This document shows positions 9,253 through 17,800 of a DNA stretch of 21,519 bases, in pieces (position 1 is the first letter of the stretch; every line of letters starts with the position of its first letter). The notes beneath the pieces are model-generated. The model was given only the letters and a program-made list of their open reading frames with translations. It was not told the origin of the DNA and ran no database searches. The DNA comes from an uncultured virus (IMG/VR IMGVR_UViG_3300033562_000715) (taxonomy: Duplodnaviria; Heunggongvirae; Uroviricota; Caudoviricetes), in IMG/VR virus record IMGVR_UViG_3300033562_000715. One strand, given 5' to 3'. Position numbers and translations under genes: made by a program.

Positions 9253-9328
9253 ATAGCATAAGATACATAAGCTTTTACTCCTAAGTTAAGAAAGAGCAAC
9301 CAGTTGAGAAATTGGTTGCTCTTTTTAT
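9253..9328 (+). ncRNA. putative ~75 nt small RNA containing anti-SD CUCCU
   Basis: Bounded by the 9218 promoter and 9291 terminator; no + strand ORF with RBS; the downstream gene has its own promoter. Ends are approximate. Confidence 0.55.
9291..9328 (+). terminator. intrinsic terminator
   Basis: aaagagcaaccagtt-gaga-aattggttgctcttt followed by T-rich sequence. Confidence 0.85.
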
Positions 9329-9348
9329 TATTTAAAAGTTAGAACACA

Positions 9349-9377
9349 TTGTATGTACTATTAATATATGGTAAAAT
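9349..9377 (+). promoter_or_regulatory. sigma-A promoter for the intein-paralog/methyltransferase cluster
   Basis: TTGTAT (9349-9354), 17 nt, TAAAAT (9372-9377) with extended TG. Confidence 0.7.
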
Positions 9378-9411
9378 TGGAGTATCAAATATGAAGGGTG
9401 GTAGTAATTAT

Positions 9412-10239
9412 ATGGGTAATAGCAAATATGGTTATATGTCAAAAAATGTAGAATTTTTTAATGGTATTGAATGGAAATCATTGGCAGACTATAAAGAAGG
9501 GGATAAAGTATTACAGTATATGAAAGAAGGAACTTCATTTTTAGTAGATCCTATGGAGTTTGGTTCTGTTAAGAATGAAAAAGCTGAGATGCTTTATAAC
9601 TGGGTAGTTGATTTTTGTGGTGGCTTTACTGAGAACTATGGTTTAGTGGTAAAAAACTTTAGTACAAATACTTTAAGTTGTGTAAAAGCATCTGAACTTG
9701 AAACTTTGGCTATAACAGACAGAGATTATCTTTCAAGCCATGGTGCACTCAATTCAACTATGATGTTTGACATGGGTGAGTCTACAGATGGAGATATTTC
9801 AGAATTCAAGAAAATAGAAATCAAAAATATTGCTTATGATTATTTGGTTAGTAGGGTTAAAGTACCTGAATCCGTATTATCTTGGAAATTGGAAGAAAGA
9901 AGAGCTTTGCTTTTGGCTCTTGGGATAGACATAAAATTCCTGATGGAAAATGATGAACTTGAATCAGGTATTCACTTTTACAATGAAGAAGATGAGTTCT
10001 TAATCTGTTCATTGATTAGTTTATCTTTTATTGATGTAGATGTTGATTATGCAACTACTTCTATGAATGACGAGAGTATGTACTCTGTAACTAATAATAC
10101 CCCTTTTAGTAGTAATAATTCAATTAAACGGATGTTTGTTGAAGATCTTTATTACTTAGTTGTTCCAACTCATATGTTTGTAGCAAGAATACAAGGTAAA
10201 GTTGTAATAATGGGTGATAGCGTAGTCGAGAATATTTAA
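9412..10239 (+). CDS. free-standing intein-like (Hint domain) protein 1, catalytically degenerate
   Basis: ATG 9412 preferred (RBS aagggtgg; promoter overlaps the longer start). N- and C-terminal segments align without gaps to blocks A and F/G of the downstream MTase intein. Confidence 0.85.
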   Translation: MGNSKYGYMSKNVEFFNGIEWKSLADYKEGDKVLQYMKEGTSFLVDPMEFGSVKNEKAEMLYNWVVDFCGGFTENYGLVVKNFSTNTLSCVKASELETLAITDRDYLSSHGALNSTMMFDMGESTDGDISEFKKIEIKNIAYDYLVSRVKVPESVLSWKLEERRALLLALGIDIKFLMENDELESGIHFYNEEDEFLICSLISLSFIDVDVDYATTSMNDESMYSVTNNTPFSSNNSIKRMFVEDLYYLVVPTHMFVARIQGKVVIMGDSVVENI

Positions 10240-10350
10240 GTAAATTAAGGAAGTACTCTAGGGGGTACTCCCAATTTATTAAGGAGGATTGTGAATATGG
10301 GTTTAATGAGAAGGATTATAGGTAATAACTTACTAAGGAGGGTTGTGTGT

Positions 10351-10881
10351 ATGGATTTGAGAGGTTGTATGGAGGTTAGTGGTGACCTTAAATACTTTAA
10401 TGGTACTGAGTGGAAAGAAATTAGGAAGTATAAAGATAAGGAAGAAATACTTATCTGTAAAGAAGATGGTTCTTATGTAATGGAGTTACCAAGTGCTTAT
10501 ATTGTAAGGGATACTGAAGACCCTTTTTATATGTATAAAGATTCTAAGGGTTGTTATCCTTTAATGACACAAACGGGTACTCATGATATGATACTTGCAA
10601 AGGATAGTGATGGTAAGAAAGTATTTGTAAGGTATAAGACTGGTAGCCTTTTATCCAAAGAATCCAGCTTTTTACAATTATTAAACCTTGATTGTTGTGA
10701 ATTAGATCGGTTAGAAGATATTAAGAACTCTTTACCAGCTTATTTTACCTTAGAAAAAGACGGCTTTACAAAATGTGATTTATTAGATGGAAAATATGGT
10801 TTTTGCACTTCAAGTGGTATGGTTGTTCTTAGTTCAGCAGATTCTGTATTTGTAACAGGTTCTTATTATTTAGAAGATTAA
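10351..10881 (+). CDS. free-standing mini-intein-like (Hint domain) protein 2
   Basis: ATG 10351 has aaggaggg; alternative ATG 10297 also has an RBS. Aligns to intein block A region, block B (QTGTHD) and block F/G. Confidence 0.8.
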   Translation: MDLRGCMEVSGDLKYFNGTEWKEIRKYKDKEEILICKEDGSYVMELPSAYIVRDTEDPFYMYKDSKGCYPLMTQTGTHDMILAKDSDGKKVFVRYKTGSLLSKESSFLQLLNLDCCELDRLEDIKNSLPAYFTLEKDGFTKCDLLDGKYGFCTSSGMVVLSSADSVFVTGSYYLED

Positions 10882-10928
10882 TTTTGATTTATTGTTTGTA
10901 TGTATAAAATGGTAGTAGGAGGACTAGA

Positions 10929-12923
10929 ATGAAAAATTGGTACTGTGACAACATGAAAGATGAAGTTCCTTATAATAATATACTTGAAAGAGCTAACAAC
11001 GGTGAATTTCATGACTGGGGTTTTGAGCCTTTTGAATTTATTGAAAATGGGTATGAGGGTGTAATTGAAAGATTAAAAGCCTTTAGAGCTCCAGATTATT
11101 TGGACGAGAAAGACCCAATTAAGCAAGAAGAAATGGTAAATGAAGTATTAAAGATCTACAGAGAAGTTAATGTATTCCCGATTCAGTATTATTCTGAGAT
11201 GGGTATTGTAAATGAAATTGAGAAATGCTTAGGTTATAAGGCTAAGTTTGATGGAAATACAATCTCATGTGGTGCAGGCATAGGTACAACTCTATGTAAC
11301 TTCCTTTTTCCTAACTTATTTGACGTACCATCAAAGCATGATTTAGATAAAGTTGGTGCTGAGACATTATATGCGAAGTTCCATAATGATGAGTATCTTA
11401 AAAGAGCAATCAAGTTTTGTTTTTCATACAAAGATGGTTGTCCAACACCTACAAATGTAATGGGTGGGCTAAGATTGGTAGGTAGTGCACCTACTAACTT
11501 CAGACCAATGAATGCTAAGGCAGTATATGAGAGATTCTGTCCAAAGGGTGGGGTTATCTATGACTATTGTTGTTTTGATGACGAGACTAAGTTCTTCACT
11601 GGTAAGGAATGGAAATACATCTCTCAATATTCAGAGGGTGATAAAGTTTTACAGTATAATGAAGATGGCTCTGCTGAGTTGGTAGACCCTATTGAGTATA
11701 TTCATTACAAGAATAAAGACCCTTTTTATGAAGGCACTGGTTATGTTAGGTCTTGTCAGACGGGTAATCATGACGTTGTTTATATGTTGTACAATGAAGA
11801 CAACACTGTAGAAACCTTACACAAGATTAAACAGGAAGAACTTGTAGCTATGGATAAAGCTGGAACTTTGAAGGACTTTAAAGGTCACATACCTATTGCA
11901 TTTAGATACGATGGACCTAGAGAGCTATCAGATGAAGAGGTTCTTACACTAAGAGATGCATTGACTAATACTAAAGAGTACATGACTTTCAATGCTTTGA
12001 TTGAAAAATATAGTTACCTATACGATCTTTCTAATAGTTCTAGGATTGCCTTATTAGATGCTTTATTTAGTCAGTTTGGTGGTGAACATTTTAAGTGTAA
12101 AAGTACAGCAGTAGTTAAACTAGTAGGAGAGCTAAGTGAGTTCGCAGGATTCTTTTTAGTATGGGAGTATGATGGTGGTATGAATATTGCCACAACGTAT
12201 AAAGACTCTATAGAGGGTGGTGTTGTAACTATTAAATATTACAACCCTGAAAACAACACTTCTACCTTTAATGAAGTATACAAAGAACATAAGTATTGCT
12301 TTGTAGTTCCAAGTCATATGCTTGTTGTAAGACGTAAAGGTCATACGTATATCTCAGGAAACTGTGGATTTGGTGGTAGAATGTTAGGAGCTTTATCTTC
12401 AAAGAATAATTACAAGTATGTAGGAACTGACCCAAACACTGAAACAATGTATCATCTACACCAATTAGGGGAGCATATTGAACAAGCAACGGGTAGAGAG
12501 AATTCATTTGAACTCCATTGTTGTGGCTCTGAAGAGTTCATAGGTAAGCCTAATAGTATTGATTTTTCTTTCAGTAGTCCACCTTACTTTGACCTAGAAG
12601 TCTATAGTCAAGAAGAAACACAGTGTTTCAATAAGTTTCCAAAGTTAGAGGAATGGCTAGAAGGGTATGTACGTCAAACCATCAAAAACATTCATTATAT
12701 GTTAAAGCCAGGAAGATATTATGCAGTTAATATTGCAGATTTTAAAGTAGGTGGAGGCACAGAAATAGCATATGTAGATGAATGGATTAGAATATCCACA
12801 GAAGAGGGTATGCCATTGTTTGATACTGTGTATTTAGGTGTAACTGCTAGGGCAGGTAGTAAGGAACAGGCAGCAGGTGAATTGAAGAAGGAAAACATCC
12901 TTATTTTCAAGAAGCCAATGTAA
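10929..12923 (+). CDS. amino-DNA methyltransferase (SPPY, probably N4-cytosine) containing an intein
   Basis: After intein removal motif I reads VIYDYC|CGFGGRMLGA; motif IV FSSPPYF; later LKPGRYYAVNIAD. Spliced product 400 aa. Confidence 0.9.
   Translation: MKNWYCDNMKDEVPYNNILERANNGEFHDWGFEPFEFIENGYEGVIERLKAFRAPDYLDEKDPIKQEEMVNEVLKIYREVNVFPIQYYSEMGIVNEIEKCLGYKAKFDGNTISCGAGIGTTLCNFLFPNLFDVPSKHDLDKVGAETLYAKFHNDEYLKRAIKFCFSYKDGCPTPTNVMGGLRLVGSAPTNFRPMNAKAVYERFCPKGGVIYDYCCFDDETKFFTGKEWKYISQYSEGDKVLQYNEDGSAELVDPIEYIHYKNKDPFYEGTGYVRSCQTGNHDVVYMLYNEDNTVETLHKIKQEELVAMDKAGTLKDFKGHIPIAFRYDGPRELSDEEVLTLRDALTNTKEYMTFNALIEKYSYLYDLSNSSRIALLDALFSQFGGEHFKCKSTAVVKLVGELSEFAGFFLVWEYDGGMNIATTYKDSIEGGVVTIKYYNPENNTSTFNEVYKEHKYCFVVPSHMLVVRRKGHTYISGNCGFGGRMLGALSSKNNYKYVGTDPNTETMYHLHQLGEHIEQATGRENSFELHCCGSEEFIGKPNSIDFSFSSPPYFDLEVYSQEETQCFNKFPKLEEWLEGYVRQTIKNIHYMLKPGRYYAVNIADFKVGGGTEIAYVDEWIRISTEEGMPLFDTVYLGVTARAGSKEQAAGELKKENILIFKKPM
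11571..12362 (+). mobile_element. intein, 264 aa (C215-N478), with apparently eroded homing endonuclease region
   Basis: Starts CFDDETKFFT, block B QTGNHD, block F KYCFVVPSHMLVV, ends ISGN followed by Cys+1; removal restores the SAM-binding motif. Confidence 0.92.
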
Positions 12924-12938
12924 GTATATTAAACATAG

Positions 12939-12974
12939 AGAGTGAGATACATTAATCTGTATCTTGCTCTTTTT
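12939..12974 (+). terminator. intrinsic terminator
   Basis: agagtgagataca-ttaatc-tgtatcttgctct then tttt, just after the MTase stop. Confidence 0.8.
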
Positions 12975-13124
12975 GTATGTAGATTTATTTGTTTTGGTTG
13001 AGACTTTAGTCAATTTTAGGTCTGTATCTTGATATTATATAAATTGTATATATTTAGTGCACTGAGCGTTGAGAGTGAATGTGTGTGCTATATTTATAAT
13101 TTTATTAAACTAGGAGGAGTACAG

Positions 13125-13988
13125 ATGCGTTTTAAATATGTAGAAAAGGGTACAACCTACATAAAGGTTGGTAAGAAAAAGCTTGTTTTGGTAGGTTATA
13201 AAAACCCACAGGATGCTTTAGAGCATACTTCAGTAAATGGAAGTTTGTTAGGTTATATTAGTTTAAAGGATTTAAAGAAAGAAGGTAGAGATGCTTTAGA
13301 AAGTGTTGACCAAGTAGAAATTTTAGGTTCTTTATATGATATTGAATCAGATAAACCTAAAAGGGGTAGATGTACAAATGGTTGTATTTTAGTACAGAAC
13401 TCTAGTGGCTCATACGATTTCATTGAGATTTACACAACAGGTTTAATTCCTATACTAGCATCAAAGATTCCTATGTTTGCATGGATACTAGCACTACTTG
13501 CAGTAATTGCAATTATTTTCTCTTTAATCTTAGTACCAAAGTTTATAAATGAAAATAAGAAAGATATCCCACCAATAGTTAAAGAGAAGGATACAGATAA
13601 GGACAAGCCTGAACAAGATAGAGGTGGTATTGTAATCTATGACGGTGACAAAGTTGTAAACGGAGGCGATTCTGTTAAAAAGGAAGAGGGCTCTTATACA
13701 AATTTTTTATACTATGATATAATGCTTAAAGTTGGAGAGGCTTTACCTTTGGTAAATGAACCATCCAACGGAGGAGAGGTCAATACTCAATTCAATTATG
13801 TAATAACAAATCAGGATGGTAAAGTTATTTTAAACAAATGGGTAAACCCAGGAGAAGCTTTTCCATGGACACCAGCTTTTGGGGTTGGTACACATACGGT
13901 AACTTTTGATGTAAATGCATGGTCTTTAGATGGCACTCAGCAATGGATGGGACAGCATTATGACGTCAAGTTAACAATAAACAATTAA
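13125..13988 (+). CDS. bitopic membrane protein with extracellular beta-sandwich domain
   Basis: ATG 13125 after AGGAGG (287 aa). ~115 aa N-domain, TM FAWILALLAVIAIIFSLILVP, charged linker, beta-rich C-domain (LVNEPSN...VNPGEA...GTHTVTFDV). Confidence 0.8.
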   Translation: MRFKYVEKGTTYIKVGKKKLVLVGYKNPQDALEHTSVNGSLLGYISLKDLKKEGRDALESVDQVEILGSLYDIESDKPKRGRCTNGCILVQNSSGSYDFIEIYTTGLIPILASKIPMFAWILALLAVIAIIFSLILVPKFINENKKDIPPIVKEKDTDKDKPEQDRGGIVIYDGDKVVNGGDSVKKEEGSYTNFLYYDIMLKVGEALPLVNEPSNGGEVNTQFNYVITNQDGKVILNKWVNPGEAFPWTPAFGVGTHTVTFDVNAWSLDGTQQWMGQHYDVKLTINN

Positions 13989-14017
13989 AAAACAATAAGA
14001 AGAGGAGATTCAACAAG

Positions 14018-14593
14018 ATGAAAAAGAAACTATCAGTATTAGTATTAGCCTTAGGAATGCTTATCACAGCAATTCCAGCAACGGGTACTCACGCAGCAGA
14101 TTTAGTTAATTCAACAGGTTCAGAAGCAGCAGACATTACAAAAGGTGCTGATATTACTCAGGGCAAAGTTACAGAGTATTATGCAGACGTAGCAGTAGAC
14201 ACAACGACTTACAATGCAGACTCAGAAGTAGCTGTATTCGTAACAAAAGGAAGTATGATCAAAATCAGCTCTCCAAAAACTTTGATCCTTGGAGTAAGTG
14301 AATCAGATCCTATTACTCACAAATCTACAGCATCAGGTAGTTACAAAATCGGTCTTTTAGGTGATATGGGTGGAGACCAGAAAATTAAAGTAACTTGCCC
14401 AGCTAATGTAACTTTAGTTGATGGAACAAAATCTATTGAAGCAGCTATCTCAGCTATTCAGTCTGATTGGGTTTGGAGTGACGTTAATCCTTTAACATTC
14501 ACATATGCAGATTCTACAATCTCCCTTGAAGGCTTAACAGCAGGAGCTTATGCAGGTGTATTCAACATTAACTTTGCAGTAACTAATAACTAA
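14018..14593 (+). CDS. small secreted protein, putative fibre/pilin-like subunit
   Basis: Sec signal ending THA; ~165 aa beta-rich mature domain ending AGAYAGVFNINF; no LPxTG or TM anchor. Confidence 0.75.
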   Translation: MKKKLSVLVLALGMLITAIPATGTHAADLVNSTGSEAADITKGADITQGKVTEYYADVAVDTTTYNADSEVAVFVTKGSMIKISSPKTLILGVSESDPITHKSTASGSYKIGLLGDMGGDQKIKVTCPANVTLVDGTKSIEAAISAIQSDWVWSDVNPLTFTYADSTISLEGLTAGAYAGVFNINFAVTNN

Positions 14594-14630
14594 TCACCAA
14601 AAGATTCTAATTGTATAGTGTAGACAGGTT

Positions 14631-14676
14631 AAAATGGGTGATGCTAGCGTTTAAAGGAGCACCACCCATTTTCTTT
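14631..14676 (+). terminator. stem-loop/terminator after the small subunit gene
   Basis: aaaatgggtgatgct ... agcaccacccatttt followed by cttt. Confidence 0.75.
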
Positions 14677-14835
14677 AGTTAGGGGTAAAATCTTTTGTAT
14701 ACTTATGAATAGAAACCTTATCTTTTAGCGTGAAATGTTAGGGTATTATATCTTAAAACTCGTAGTTTAATTGTGGGAAAAGATATATAAGTACCTATAT
14801 AAATATTTATTAAGTAAGAAGAGAGGAGGTTTAAA

Positions 14836-17800
14836 ATGAAATTAAAGAAGTTTAAGTTTGTGATTGGATTTCTTATGTTTGCATTTATGTTTATGTTGTC
14901 TGTAGACACTCATGCAGAGGACTATGTTGCAGGGAAGGTTTATACTCTTTATCTTAATCCTAATGGTGGTACAATAGCCAGATCTTCCCTTACTTACTTT
15001 GATAATGGTAGTGGACCTTTTAGTCCAGATGTACCAGTAAGAGATGGGTATTTCTTCGAGGGTTGGTCACTATTGCCAAATGCAACAGAGGCTACACTGA
15101 CTCAGTGGGAGAGAAATCAGGTATCAAATACTTTATATGCAGTTTGGTCAGTAAACCCAAGATATTCATCTGTGAAGTATGACGTTACAGGAGGTATAAA
15201 TGCTCCTCGAGATGTAGCATATACTTATAGTGCAACAGAGAAGATTACTTTATCTACAAGTACACCATCAAAAGTAGGTTTTACTTTTTTAGGGTGGTCT
15301 ACAGATAGTACTTCAACAGTTGCAACAATACAGCCAGGAGCTACTTGGTCAAGAAGCAAAATAGGTAAAAATGTTTTATACGCAGTATGGGAGAGAATAC
15401 CAGGAACTGGTGTAATAGTTTATGATCCAGCTACAGGAGAGCAAGCACCTGACCCAATTGCATATGTACAAAGTACAACAGACGGTGTTACATTATCTAC
15501 TCAAGTTCCAGCAAAAGTAGGGTATACATTTGAGGGTTGGGCTACAGAGAGTGGTGCAGAAGACCCTACATTACAGCCAGGAGACGTATGGAAGCCAAGT
15601 TCAGATGCTGATACTACCTTATTTGCAGTATGGGAGAAAAACTCTGGTACATTTGTACTTTATTATGGTACAGATGGTGGGTTAAATACCCCAGCAGCAA
15701 AAGAGTTAACTCCAGTTGCTAGTGGTACGACAAAGTTATCTGTACTGACCCCAAAGAAATTAGGTTATAACTTCTTAGGTTGGTCTACTATTAAGGATGC
15801 AACTGTGGCATCATATCCAGTAGGAGCTACTTTATCTTTAAATCAGGATTCTGACGTTACATTGTACGCAGTTTGGTCTTTAGCAACTTATAGTGTTTTT
15901 TATAATGCTAATGGTGGTAGTGGAACCCCAGCAAGTCAATCATACCTTTATGAGCTCAATAAGTCAATAACCTTGTCTGCTTTGTACCCAACAAAGGCAG
16001 GTTATGACTTTGATCATTGGGCACCATCTACAACAAGCACGGAGATTATTTTACCAGGATCCGAGTGGAGTTGTACTAATGTAACTACTACATTACACGC
16101 AATGTGGGTAGGCAAAAAGTATACTTTCTCTTTTGATGCTAATGGTGGTGTAAGTACTAATGAACCAATTACTTATTCTTATCAACCAACAGGTACTTTT
16201 CCAGTTGTAACTGTATCCCCAACAAGAGATGGTTGTACTTTTCTTGGTTGGGCACGTACTGCAGATGCTGCAAAAGCATTAGTAGGTTCTTCTTTTAACT
16301 ATGCATATTACTCACCTGCAAAAGACGAGACTTTCTATGCAGTATGGGGTGCTGACATAACCTATGACGCTAACGGTGGAATAGGGGCACCAGCTAAACA
16401 GCCTTATACAGTAGGTAATGTATCTTTATCAAGTATAAAACCAACAAAGCCAGGTATTACTTTCTTAGGTTGGTCAGAAGATAAAAATGCAACAGAACCC
16501 ACTTACTTAAGTGGTGCTGATTTTTCTAGAAATCAAAATGCTAACGTTACATTATATGCAATATGGAATAACCAGTATAAGGTTACTTATAATGCTAATG
16601 GTGGAACAGGAGCTCCAGACACTCAGTATCAAGTAAATAGTCCAGAAGGTTCAGTTTTTGAAATACCTTTAATTACCCCAGTATGGGCAGACCACACATT
16701 CTTGGGTTGGAGACCTGTGACGGATAAGCCATACCTTGCAACTGTGCATAGGGGTGATACATTTATTGCACCTACTCTAGAGACAAATTTATATGCAGTT
16801 TGGAAACAAGATATTTATACTATGACAGGTCATAATGTTTACTTTGACCCCAATGGTTCAAACATCAGTTATTCTGCAGTACCTTTCTATGATAATGGAT
16901 CACCGATAACTTTCTATGAGTCTCTCTATGGTTCTAAATTTAATACTAGAGTTGGTTACAAGTTGTTAGGTTGGTCTACGACACCAGATTCTAAAATACC
17001 TAATATTTGGGGAATGCAAAGAAGTTTCGGTACTACTGTTGTATATGCAGTATGGGAGTTAAAACCAGGGTATTGTGCTTTAGAATATGACGCACAGGGT
17101 GGTTTAAATGCTCCATTTAATGAAGCTTATCCTTGTAGTTCAACTGTAAGTACTACTGTACCATCAACTATTCCTACAAAACAAGGTCACACATTCTTAG
17201 GTTGGTCTACAGATAAAGATTCAAATGTAGTAAATGTTAATCCAGGTTCTTCTTTATCAAGAACTACTCAGGGTGTAACCACATTGTATGCAGTTTGGAG
17301 TTTAACTCCTGATTATTATTCTATAGAATATAATGCTAATGGTGGTTGTCTTGCACCTAATACTACAGCGTATACTTATAATCAGGATAAAGATACAGCT
17401 ATATCTTCAGCTAGACCTGTTAGACTTGGTCACACATTCTTAGGTTGGTCTACAGACAGTAACTCAAGTGTAGCTGATATAAGCCCAGGGGACTTGTGGT
17501 CAAGAGACCTTAAGGAAAACACTACATTGTATGCAATATGGTCTCCAGATATATACAGTATAGTTTACAGTTTAAATGGTGGAACAGGTACTATACCAAG
17601 TACATTGTTTGCTTACTCGGATAGTGATTATATCCCCTTATCTAAAGACTATCCTACAAAATTTGGCTTTCATTGTATAGGATGGGGTAAAACTAGCACA
17701 AGTACGGATGCTATAACGGATTGGAAGGCTAATAATGTTGTAGGTAAAGCTCAAACCTCTATTGTGTATGTATACGCAATATGGGAACCTAATGAATATA

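Noticed and set aside
9251..9282. Minus-strand micro-ORF MYLML with AGGAG RBS as a type I toxin
   Set aside because: Only 5 codons and no minus-strand promoter identified; better read as the antisense seed of the + strand RNA, though not fully excluded.
9412..10881. Split-intein or pseudogene interpretation of the two ORFs
   Set aside because: Each ORF has both N- and C-terminal intein blocks, no extein fragments, intact frames and RBSs.
10929..12923. Complete restriction-modification system
   Set aside because: No recognisable endonuclease next to the MTase; upstream neighbours are intein paralogs and a terminator follows.
578..14909. All minus-strand ORFs in the track (e.g. 578-1051, 5388-5903, 5910-6248, 12156-12507)
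   Set aside because: Antisense shadows of well-supported + strand genes, with no motifs or convincing RBS.
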